Shown in pieces: positions 54,249-62,562 of a stretch of 64,000 nt of DNA; position 1 is the first letter of the stretch; every line of letters begins with the position of its first letter. The position numbers and the translations under genes were made by a program. The stretch is from Terriglobia bacterium (GTDB lineage Bacteria > Acidobacteriota > Terriglobia > UBA7540). The stretch lies in assembly GCA_049583595.1 (NCBI GenBank), contig JBAUWE010000166.1, positions 4,913 through 68,912 on the forward strand. Direction: 5' to 3'. A model generated the notes under the pieces. The model did no database searches. It was not told the DNA's origin and saw only the letters and a program-made list of their open reading frames with translations.

Positions 54249-55484
54249 CTAATCCAAAAATCGGTGCTTATCCTGACCTGCAAGCCGCCAGCATTCCTGA
54301 GCAATCGCCCACTCTTCGCGCGCCGCCACCACAACCACGTGGACGGCGGAATCCGGACTTGCGATGTCGCAATCGACAGGCGACTCGTCGTTCTTCCGCC
54401 GGTCGAGCTTGAGGCCAAGAAATTCAAAGCCGGAGCAGGCTGCGGCGCGCACCTCAGGCGAGTTCTCGCCGATGCCACCTGTAAAGGCCAGCGCATCGAT
54501 GCCGCCGAGCGAAGCCGCCATGGCTCCCACAAATTTCCGCAACCAGTGAATAAACGTATCAAAAGCCAGGCTGGCGCGGGCGTTTCCGCTTTCGACGGCG
54601 GAGAGGATTTGCCGCATGTCGTCAGACACACCCGACACTCCCAGCAGGCCGGACTCGCGGTTCAGGAGTTCCTCCAGCCGGTCAGCGGAATACTTTTCTT
54701 CCCGCAGCAGATGAATGAAAATTCCGGGGTCGATGCTGCCGCTGCGGCTGCCCATCATCAGTCCTTCGAGGGGCGTGAAACCCATCGTCGTATCCACGCT
54801 GTGCCCATTCCGCACCGCAGCCAGCGAACAACCGTGACCCAGGTGACAGGTGACAATCCGCAACGATTCGAGATCCTTGCCCAGAATCCGGGCCGTGCGC
54901 CTGGCGCAGTACTGGTGGCTGATGCCGTGAAAACCGTAGCGGCGAATGCCCCGCTCGTACCAGGCGTAAGGGCCGGGGTAGATCAAGGCGTGCTTCGGGA
55001 GGGTCCGGTGAAACGCCGTGTCAAAAACAGCCACCTGAGGCCGCGACTTGAAAATCTGCTCGGCCGTGTCAATGCCGCTGACCTCGGCAGGATTGTGCTC
55101 CGGAGCAAACGCCGCGAGGCGGCTGATCTCCTGCTTCACCTCAGCCGTCACCCGCGTGGGCGCTGAATATTTCTCGCCCCCATGAACAACGCGATGGCCC
55201 ACCATATCCACTTCTTCCGGATGGGCAAGAACACGCGCCGGACCTTCCCAGAGAGTCTGCAACAATTGGCCGGCGGCCGCACTTTCCGAATCAATTCCGG
55301 GCTGCTCGTCCATCACCGGACGGCCCTCGCGCCTGACCCTTAGCCGCACATTCCCGAACGGCTCTTCCCATTCCACGTGCCCTTCCCATAACGGGACAGG
55401 CGGCGTTTGGGGCAGGGATTCCGCCAGCTCGTAGAGGCAACTCTTCAGGCTGCTTGAGCCCGCGTTGAGCACCAGGACTTTCAT
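54249..55484 (-). CDS. ackA: acetate kinase
   Basis: MKVLVLNAGSSSLK N-terminus, then ..RRYGFHGISH.. and ..GGIGENS.. motifs. Confidence 0.92.
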   Translation of the reverse strand: MKVLVLNAGSSSLKSCLYELAESLPQTPPVPLWEGHVEWEEPFGNVRLRVRREGRPVMDEQPGIDSESAAAGQLLQTLWEGPARVLAHPEEVDMVGHRVVHGGEKYSAPTRVTAEVKQEISRLAAFAPEHNPAEVSGIDTAEQIFKSRPQVAVFDTAFHRTLPKHALIYPGPYAWYERGIRRYGFHGISHQYCARRTARILGKDLESLRIVTCHLGHGCSLAAVRNGHSVDTTMGFTPLEGLMMGSRSGSIDPGIFIHLLREEKYSADRLEELLNRESGLLGVSGVSDDMRQILSAVESGNARASLAFDTFIHWLRKFVGAMAASLGGIDALAFTGGIGENSPEVRAAACSGFEFLGLKLDRRKNDESPVDCDIASPDSAVHVVVVAAREEWAIAQECWRLAGQDKHRFLD

Positions 55485-55656
55485 GCGACCTTAGGATGCT
55501 CCATCTGGCACCTGTTCGCGCCTTCCCTTCGAAAGCGGTTGGCTACCTCGCGCAACCCTTCAGACAGGCATTGAGTGAGAGATTTACACCGCAGAATACC
55601 ACCGGCCGCCGGCGTCCGCAACCCGGCACTCAGATGATGAAGCGGCGGCCGACCCA

Positions 55657-57129
55657 CTATTGAGAAGGTTCCGTGGCCCCACCCAAACCCAGGTCCGTCA
55701 GGATCTTCGGGTTGGCTTCACCCATGGAAAGCAGGTTGTGGCAGACGTTGCAGTCTTGCGGGACCATCTTGCTGGAGTCAGAGGCCTCATGCAATGCTCC
55801 ATGGCAGCGGAAACATCCAGGGAAGTTCATGTGTCCGAGGTTGTCAGGGTAGGTTCCCCAGTTCACCTTCATCTTGGGGAAAACATTCTGCTGGTAGATA
55901 GCAACCAGGCCCTTGACGGCCTTGGAAACCTCCGCACGGTTCTGAGAAAAGACCTGGGGGTATTTCTCGCTGTAGTACTTGACCAGGCCGGAAGAGATCT
56001 TTTGTTCAGCTTCCTTCTGGCTGTCGTACTTGCCCTGTAAGAGCGACAGCCCTTCCTTTTTTACAAAGGGGAGGGATGTTGGGACGGCCCCATTGGCCAT
56101 GGCTTGGTCTATCGCGTCACCGGGCAGATGGAAAACGTGGGTAGGCTGGTTGTGGCAATCGATGCAATCCATCACCCGGCCGCTTCCGGGGTTGACGGTT
56201 TTGGGATCCGTCTTCTCACCGACAAAGAGCGTTTTCCTGCCCGTCTGCGCATTGCTGTACTCAGCCCAGTTCACCTTCTGCCGGCTCGAGTCTGACCCGT
56301 AGCGGATGGTGATTCCGGGTCCGACGTGGGCGCCATGGATTCCGCCCTGGCCGTATCCTCCACCGATGTGCATGAGCAGGACCGTCTTGGAGAGAGTGTT
56401 GGTTTCATCGTCAGCGTAATGCGGAATGACCACCAGGCGGTTGCCTTCAAACCTGGCCGGCCAGTGGCACTGCTCACAGGTCTGCCGCGCCGGCCGCAGG
56501 TTGGTGACCGGAACCGGAATCGGACGAGGGTAGGCACTAAAGATGGTTGCAAAAACCTGATAGGTGCCCGACAACTTGCTCCGCACAAACCATGAAGCGC
56601 CCGGACCGATATGGCACTCGACACAGGCCACGCGCGCGTGGGGCGAGTGTTCATAGGCAACATATTCCGGCTGCATGACCGTGTGACAGGTCTTTCCGCA
56701 GAAGGTCACGCTATCCATATAATTGACGCCGGAGTAAAGAAGCTGGGCGCCGATAATCACATTGACGACGGTGGTAACACCCACGAAAAACAGGAGCCGA
56801 CGCAGTTCTATATTCTTAAAATCCAGAGGGGGAAAATCGGAAGGATAGATGCCCCTGTGCCGCTCACGCCGGGCCCGAAGAACAATGCCTAACGGGATGA
56901 GGATGAGTCCGCCGAAGAAGACCGCGGGCAGACCCATAAAGGTCAGGATCCCGGCGTAGGGATTGTCGGTGAATCCGCGAAAGATGACCGGCAACAGCGA
57001 AAGCCACAGGACAGCGCCGGTGGTGACCAGCACAACTCCGATCCGGCTGAGCCAATTCCCTGAAAGGTAAATGTATGGAGAAAGCCATGCCTTTAATCCA
57101 TTGCCTTGATTAACCATCCGTGCCTTCAT
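55657..57129 (-). CDS. inner-membrane multiheme cytochrome c, ImcH-like (NapC/NirT-type quinol dehydrogenase region), 6 CXXCH
   Basis: Three N-terminal TM helices, then FCGKTCHTVMQPEY..SPHARVACVECH, the NapC/NirT/NrfH-type motif. Six CXXCH motifs: CGKTCH, CVECH, CEQCH, CIDCH, CFRCH, CNVCH. The start is ATG 57129 or 57117. Confidence 0.8.
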   Translation of the reverse strand: MKARMVNQGNGLKAWLSPYIYLSGNWLSRIGVVLVTTGAVLWLSLLPVIFRGFTDNPYAGILTFMGLPAVFFGGLILIPLGIVLRARRERHRGIYPSDFPPLDFKNIELRRLLFFVGVTTVVNVIIGAQLLYSGVNYMDSVTFCGKTCHTVMQPEYVAYEHSPHARVACVECHIGPGASWFVRSKLSGTYQVFATIFSAYPRPIPVPVTNLRPARQTCEQCHWPARFEGNRLVVIPHYADDETNTLSKTVLLMHIGGGYGQGGIHGAHVGPGITIRYGSDSSRQKVNWAEYSNAQTGRKTLFVGEKTDPKTVNPGSGRVMDCIDCHNQPTHVFHLPGDAIDQAMANGAVPTSLPFVKKEGLSLLQGKYDSQKEAEQKISSGLVKYYSEKYPQVFSQNRAEVSKAVKGLVAIYQQNVFPKMKVNWGTYPDNLGHMNFPGCFRCHGALHEASDSSKMVPQDCNVCHNLLSMGEANPKILTDLGLGGATEPSQ

Positions 57130-57398
57130 CCTCCTCAGGCTGCCTTGAATTGCCGGCCCAACCCCGCCGCCGCTCTATTGGAGCTTCCCCTTACCCTCAA
57201 CGGGTGCGGACTCTTCTCCTTTGTCTCATCCGCGGACGCCGCAGATTGCCTCAAGCCTTCTATCCTATCAGCATCAGGAACAAACCCGGCAGGTTGCCCC
57301 CCGTTGAAATCGTCGTTTAGAAACTGCCTTGGCCGTCGCAACTGATGAATACGACAAACGAGTTTTCCCAATACGCTATGCCCGCAACCAGACCGCGC

Positions 57399-58226
57399 TT
57401 ACCGCCGGAAAGAAAACAGCGTGAGCAGAAGCAGAATAAAGCCGGTGGCGATGGCGGCAAAGCCCACAACCATTCCGAACGTCACGAACCATCGTTGGGG
57501 TTCCCCTGCACGGAAGCTCTCAAGTTTTCCCTGCTCCACGAGCCGTTCGTACTCCTCGGGATGCTTTTCGGCCAATTCTGTTTCCGTCTGGCGCCCGGTG
57601 AAAATCACTTTATCCATCGGGAAGCTGCCGGGGCGCAAGTGAGTATTGAAAAAGTGAATCGTGAAAATGAACCACACCGCCAGCAGCGCCTCGTCGCCAT
57701 GAAGAAGCAGCGCAACGTTAAACCACGAGCCCGGCACAAATCTGGCCACAAAGGGGGCAAACCACATGCTATAGCCGGAGAGCCCAATGACACCCATGCC
57801 CCAGAAGACAGCCCAATAATCGAACTTCTCCCAGTAGGCAAAGCGATCGAATTTCGGTTTGGGACCCAGTCCAAAGAACCAGCGAAAATGCGCTCCCATT
57901 TGAGCAAGGTCCTTGGGCTGCGGCACAAGGGATTCGGGCCCCCAAAGCATCCCAAACTTTCTTTTGACAAAAACCTGGCGGAAAATGTTCCCCACATGAA
58001 AAAGAAATGCCGCCGTCAGCAAGACACCAAAGGCTTTGTGGAAAAAGAGAATGGCGCCAAACCCTCCCACCGCGTGCGCAAAGCCGGACGCCCAGGCGGC
58101 ATAACTGAAGCGAAGCGTCAGGCCGGTCAGCGCCAGGCCCAGAAAAGTGGAGAACAGGGTCGCGTGAAGCAACCGCTTGCCTGGGGAAAACCGATAGTAA
58201 TAGCGGACCTGCTCCCCTTGATTCAA
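57399..58226 (-). CDS. membrane b-type cytochrome (FdnI/HydC, Ni_hydr_CYTB-like)
   Basis: 275 aa. TTG start lies after GAGGTGAAG and 18 nt after the upstream stop. Four or more TM helices with conserved His (RLLHATL.., LFFHKAF.., LLLHGDE.., TIHFFNTHLRP). Confidence 0.7.
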   Translation of the reverse strand: MNQGEQVRYYYRFSPGKRLLHATLFSTFLGLALTGLTLRFSYAAWASGFAHAVGGFGAILFFHKAFGVLLTAAFLFHVGNIFRQVFVKRKFGMLWGPESLVPQPKDLAQMGAHFRWFFGLGPKPKFDRFAYWEKFDYWAVFWGMGVIGLSGYSMWFAPFVARFVPGSWFNVALLLHGDEALLAVWFIFTIHFFNTHLRPGSFPMDKVIFTGRQTETELAEKHPEEYERLVEQGKLESFRAGEPQRWFVTFGMVVGFAAIATGFILLLLTLFSFRR

Positions 58227-58244
58227 TACTTCACCTCAGCGGCG

Positions 58245-59459
58245 TTAATCAGACGCGGTTTCCTCACCCTTGCCTCCACTCTTGCGACGCTCCACCATGG
58301 AGCGGATAAACCACAGAATTGTATGCAACCCGAAAAAGGTAAAGACCGCCAGCATCAGGAAATTCATAAAGCGCGCCGTGTAATAAAGTCCCGGGTAGTG
58401 CGTCCTGTCGCGGTGATTGGCATGCGGGTCATAAGAGGTGAAACTCCTCGTAACCTCCCCGTGACAGTTGCCGCAGGTCTTCGCCAGGTTTGCAGGCGCA
58501 ATGGAAGATCTAGGGTCGGAGGCAGGAAGAATTTCGTGAGCTTCGTGGCAGCTCCAGCAACGGGCTGTCACCACAAACCCCAGCGTCGTCACCTGGCCGT
58601 GGAACGTGTCGTGGTAGGTCTCCGCCCGGCCGGCGTGGCAGCTTCCGCATTTGGCCGTCGTCTTCAATTGCCAGGCCGCCGTCCTGACACTCTCGATGGA
58701 ATGCGCTGTATGGCAACTGGTGCAGACGGGTGCTTCAGAGGCGCCGGCCTTGAGAGCTTTGCCGTGAGCACCCATCAGATACTTTGCCTCGATCCCGGCG
58801 TGGCATGAACCGCACGTCGCGGGAACATTCATTCGAAACACCTTGCTGTTCGGATCTTTGGGGCCCAAAATCTTGTGCGCTCCATGGCAACTGGTGCAGG
58901 TTGCCGCAACCAGCAGGCCATCGCGCGTGAGGGCAAACCCATGAATGGAATCGATGTAGAGCGCGTAGACGTTCGGCAGACCGTACTTTTTTGCCAGTTC
59001 GGGATTTCCGTGGCAGGTTCCGCAGGTCCGCGGCAGATTCAGCGCATAAACCGGCGACCTCGAATCGTGAACGGAGACAATGGAATGCGGGTTTCCGTGG
59101 CACTTCAGGCAGGCCGGCGATGAAGCACTTTTCATCACGGCCTCGTGGACGCTGTCATTGACGTCCGAACTCTCAGTGGAGTGGCAGGCGCCACAGGCCA
59201 CTTTCTTGACCGGCAACTTGTGAGGGAATTCCGTGACGTCGGAATGACACGCCTGGCAGCCTAGCGCCCCGTGAATGGAAGAACTGAATTCCTTCGGATC
59301 AACCCGGAGACTGTGGCCCTGCTCATCCACAAAACCGGACTGGCCGTGGCAGCCCAGGCAGGCACTGTCCTGCAGGGAGCCGGAACCCTGAGCCCAGCAT
59401 ACAGATGTGAGCAGAAACACTACTACCGACACCCCAACACACCGCTGCCAAGCGTTCAT
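58245..59459 (-). CDS. 11-heme c-type cytochrome with C-terminal TM anchor
   Basis: Signal peptide. Eleven CXXCH motifs: CLGCH, CQACH, CGACH, CLKCH, CGTCH, CTSCH, CGSCH, CTSCH, CGSCH, CWSCH, CGNCH. C-terminal hydrophobic helix FMNFLMLAVFTFFGLHTILWFI. Confidence 0.85.
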   Translation of the reverse strand: MNAWQRCVGVSVVVFLLTSVCWAQGSGSLQDSACLGCHGQSGFVDEQGHSLRVDPKEFSSSIHGALGCQACHSDVTEFPHKLPVKKVACGACHSTESSDVNDSVHEAVMKSASSPACLKCHGNPHSIVSVHDSRSPVYALNLPRTCGTCHGNPELAKKYGLPNVYALYIDSIHGFALTRDGLLVAATCTSCHGAHKILGPKDPNSKVFRMNVPATCGSCHAGIEAKYLMGAHGKALKAGASEAPVCTSCHTAHSIESVRTAAWQLKTTAKCGSCHAGRAETYHDTFHGQVTTLGFVVTARCWSCHEAHEILPASDPRSSIAPANLAKTCGNCHGEVTRSFTSYDPHANHRDRTHYPGLYYTARFMNFLMLAVFTFFGLHTILWFIRSMVERRKSGGKGEETASD

Positions 59460-59489
59460 TTTGAGCCGTCATTTCCAGGGAATCAAGGC

Positions 59490-59771
59490 TCATCCCGGTA
59501 ATTTGGCGCCTTGCTGCCACACGTAATACAGGTACATGACTCCAATCAACAGACCGTAAGCCACCACGAGGGCCGTCAGGATCTTGCCCCACCGCTCGAT
59601 GACTTCCAGTTTATGGCTGAGCTTAACCTGGGCGGCAACTTGTGGCGCGTCACCGTCCAGCACATGAATCGATTCGTCTTCGTGGCTGGCCATCATATTC
59701 CGGTAGATGGCCAACACACCAACCACCACCACAAGAGGTATCCATGTTGCAAGATAAAACGTGAGGTTCAT
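59490..59771 (-). CDS. 93-aa two-TM membrane protein, unknown function
   Basis: ORF 59490..59789. ATG 59771 lies 5 nt after GGAGG. Two hydrophobic helices flank an acidic loop. Confidence 0.5.
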   Translation of the reverse strand: MNLTFYLATWIPLVVVVGVLAIYRNMMASHEDESIHVLDGDAPQVAAQVKLSHKLEVIERWGKILTALVVAYGLLIGVMYLYYVWQQGAKLPG

Positions 59772-59825
59772 ACCAACCTCCAGTCGCAATTACTGCGGGT
59801 TCCAGGCCCGGGAAAATTCCGGGAG

Positions 59826-60059
59826 CTACTTCTTGCCTTCCTTGGCCGCAGATTCACAAGCCTTCAGATTCTTCTTCTTTGCATAGCACTTGCCCACATC
59901 GTTCAGTTCTTTCTGGCCCATTTTCACATGGCATGTATTGCACGAGACCTTCTCCTTCTTGGCAATCTTCATGTTGCCAAAGGAAGTGAGAGAAGACATC
60001 GCGAGAGCCACGCCCAAGGTGATACCGAATACTATAAGTTTCCTGATGGTGCTCATCAT
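59826..60059 (-). CDS. 77-aa Lys-rich mini monoheme cytochrome c, exported
   Basis: ORF 59826..60077. ATG 60059 lies 5 nt after GGAGG. Signal peptide. Single CNTCH motif and three additional Cys. The mature part is very Lys-rich. Confidence 0.55.
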   Translation of the reverse strand: MMSTIRKLIVFGITLGVALAMSSLTSFGNMKIAKKEKVSCNTCHVKMGQKELNDVGKCYAKKKNLKACESAAKEGKK

Positions 60060-60111
60060 TACGACCTCCGGACTCAACGAACAGGTGATGGCGTCTTTCC
60101 TGAATCGGGTT

Positions 60112-60459
60112 CTATTTCTTCTTACCTAGCTGGCGAATGTATGCTACCAGGCCGTTAATTTCATCCTTCGAGAACTGGCTGCCGTAGGCCGGCATGACTC
60201 CTTTGCCCTTGGCGATGATATTGTGAAGATCGGCGTCTGATTTCGACTGCACAGCCTTCGAGCGCAGGTCGGGAACCTTCATGCTTTTCCCCATGGGACT
60301 GTTCCCGCTGCCGTCCTTGGCATGGCACATCACGCACTTGGCATCAAACGTGGGCTGGCCGCTCTTGGCCTGCACCTGATAGGCAGGCGTCAGAAGCCAT
60401 GCGCCGGCCATCAGCGCTGAGAAGACCGCAAGTGCTGCGGTGTTAACGACCTTATTCAT
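60112..60459 (-). CDS. class I monoheme c-type cytochrome, periplasmic
   Basis: ORF 60112..60465. ATG 60459 follows AAGGAGGAAG. Signal peptide. CVMCH plus a distal Met in ..KGKGVMPAY.., typical of c551/c6-like cytochromes. Confidence 0.85.
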   Translation of the reverse strand: MNKVVNTAALAVFSALMAGAWLLTPAYQVQAKSGQPTFDAKCVMCHAKDGSGNSPMGKSMKVPDLRSKAVQSKSDADLHNIIAKGKGVMPAYGSQFSKDEINGLVAYIRQLGKKK

Positions 60460-60553
60460 TATCACTTCCTCCTTCGTGGCATCCCTTATTAAGAAACACG
60501 TGCCTCTATATCATCTCTTGTTTCAGGTCAGATTTCAACCGGCCATGCTTTCG

Positions 60554-62548
60554 CTAGAACTCACGCGTAAAGCGAACCGTCAGCATGTTGGCTCCGAAGT
60601 TGTTGGCGGTGATGATTTCCTGGATGTAATAGGTGCGCTGCAGATCCACAGAAAGCCGGCCGGTCTTGGGGATATTGAAATAAACCGTGCCCGTACCGAG
60701 CGGCCAGGTCAGCGGTCCGTAAACCGGACTGGTCCCAGCTTCTTCACCGAGCCCTGTGGTGCGCACAAAGTTTCCGGTAAAGCGGATGCCAAAGTACTTG
60801 ACCGGTTCAGCAGCAAGCCCTGCCTGCCAGATGCGGTTGAGGGCCTGGTCCCGGAGGGCGTAAGCCGTCCCGGGCGTCGGAACTCCTCGCTGCCAGGCGA
60901 TGATGCCCGTAGCCAGTTCGTTGTCGTAAGTGAGCCCGCCGAAAAGAGAGTATTTCGGGTTAATCGTGTAATTCAGCATCACGGAATTCGAATGGACCTT
61001 GGCGCGGTAATCCGTGGCGAGGAGTTTTTGATCGACCATATAAAGCTCGTCGCTCAGAGTGAGCTTGTCCGTCAGGTGGAGGTTCCCCACCACGCGTCCG
61101 GTGGTATTGGTGTGCGCAGTCAGCGCAGTGTAGGAGGCGCCGTTATTGTAAGTCCGCAACTCACCGCGAATGTCGAACCGCTTGAAAGGCCGGTAGAAGG
61201 CGCTGATGGAAGGAGATACGGCGTGATTTTTAAGTGAGCGAGCATCATCAATTACGCCATCTTCCCTCATCTCGACGTCAGACTTGTAAAGCTGAACACC
61301 CGGGCTGAGCACCAAGTTGTGGACCGGCGTGAAGACCATCTTCACATCGCCCTCATGCAGGGTGAACTTCCAGTCATTGGCAAACTCCCCGTTCGTAGGA
61401 TCCGTTCCATTAAACAAAGCGGTGAAGATACCCTCGGTCGTGGTGCTAAACCTGCTGTACCGGTAATCGAAATCGATGTCCCACCAGGGGGTGACGTGAT
61501 AGGCGAACCCCTGTCGAAAAATATGGTTGGGCTCGCTGACGGTTGACCGTCCGGTTTCAGACACGGCGTAGGGGTCCGGGTTGTCGCCGTTGAATGACCG
61601 GTCGAGCCGGGCCGGGCCACTGTAGCGGTAAAAGATGTAACTACCACGCATGTCGAGACGGGAAGAGGGTTTCCCTGAATAGGAGAATTCACTGACCGGC
61701 GTCGACAACCTACGGTAGTCCGTCCAGGAAGCCTGCGTCAGGGGCTGGAGAAGATTGCTGGCGGTCGTCGTGTCAATCGCAAGTTGGGGTGAAGTAACGT
61801 TGTTGAAACCCGTGTCGGATGTAAAAGTCTGGAAGCCAACGTTGTAATGCAAGCTCCATTCATGCCAGGTGTAGTCAATGCCGCCCGTGAAGCGGTTGGT
61901 GTTGTCAAACGTGGGCGCATACAGGTAGTAAGCGTTCGCCCTGGCAAAGCCGCCTAAACTACCCGGCTGGTCAAAGAAGTAAGGCGAGAAGGTCGTGAAA
62001 GTCGCGCCGCTGAAAGAAGTCTTGTAATACTGGAAGTGGAAACGCAGGTTGTCTGTGGCGTGCAGGGTAAAGTCGACGGAACCGACTTTCCTCACATTCG
62101 CCCAGTCGTGGTTGTCAGTAAGCCCCGTGGTGTTCCGTGTTGGTAGAATCACCCCGTCATTCTGGTTCCAGTAAAAGTACGACTGGCGCCAGTTGACTCG
62201 CAGATCATAGAGCTTGGGCTTGGAGAGGGTGAACTGCGCACTCGGATAAGGATCTCCGCCCATACCGCTCGTGGTCAGCGAAAAGTTGTTCGCAAACGGG
62301 TTGGTCCCGTCGTTGTGGCCGAAGAGGCTGAAGTCCATAAGCCTCGGCCCACTCTTCAGATTGTAAAGCTCCTCGAACATCGGCTGATAGCCTTTGACGT
62401 CCGTGAAGCGGTATCCCATGCTGGCGGAGCCTTGGACCCCGAAACCTCCCCACTGAAGCGGAGGTTCGCTTTGGCCCTGCGCCCTGAGCACAGGCAAACT
62501 CACCAGAAAGGCTAACATCAGGAAAAACAGACCGCGTGTGATTCTCAA
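60554..62548 (-). CDS. large outer-membrane beta-barrel protein, MtrB/PioB-like porin candidate
   Basis: 664 aa. TTG start lies 6 nt after GGAGGAGG and 14 nt after the stop of the MtrA-like gene. Signal peptide ..PVLRAQG. Alternating aromatic and polar beta-strand pattern throughout. Terminal ..VRFTREF. No Cys in the whole protein. Confidence 0.65.
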   Translation of the reverse strand: MRITRGLFFLMLAFLVSLPVLRAQGQSEPPLQWGGFGVQGSASMGYRFTDVKGYQPMFEELYNLKSGPRLMDFSLFGHNDGTNPFANNFSLTTSGMGGDPYPSAQFTLSKPKLYDLRVNWRQSYFYWNQNDGVILPTRNTTGLTDNHDWANVRKVGSVDFTLHATDNLRFHFQYYKTSFSGATFTTFSPYFFDQPGSLGGFARANAYYLYAPTFDNTNRFTGGIDYTWHEWSLHYNVGFQTFTSDTGFNNVTSPQLAIDTTTASNLLQPLTQASWTDYRRLSTPVSEFSYSGKPSSRLDMRGSYIFYRYSGPARLDRSFNGDNPDPYAVSETGRSTVSEPNHIFRQGFAYHVTPWWDIDFDYRYSRFSTTTEGIFTALFNGTDPTNGEFANDWKFTLHEGDVKMVFTPVHNLVLSPGVQLYKSDVEMREDGVIDDARSLKNHAVSPSISAFYRPFKRFDIRGELRTYNNGASYTALTAHTNTTGRVVGNLHLTDKLTLSDELYMVDQKLLATDYRAKVHSNSVMLNYTINPKYSLFGGLTYDNELATGIIAWQRGVPTPGTAYALRDQALNRIWQAGLAAEPVKYFGIRFTGNFVRTTGLGEEAGTSPVYGPLTWPLGTGTVYFNIPKTGRLSVDLQRTYYIQEIITANNFGANMLTVRFTREF

Positions 62549-62562
62549 GCGACACCTCCTCC

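Noticed and set aside
55506-55520. TGGCACCTGTTCGCG, a sigma54 -24-like element between ackA and the ImcH-like gene
   Set aside because: The GC of the -12 element is one nt out of register. The element also points along the plus strand into the 3' end of a minus-strand gene.
57135-57371. 78-aa minus-strand ORF in the gap between the cytochrome b and ImcH-like genes
   Set aside because: No SD, a low-complexity Arg/Ala-rich sequence and no motif. The gap is treated as non-coding.
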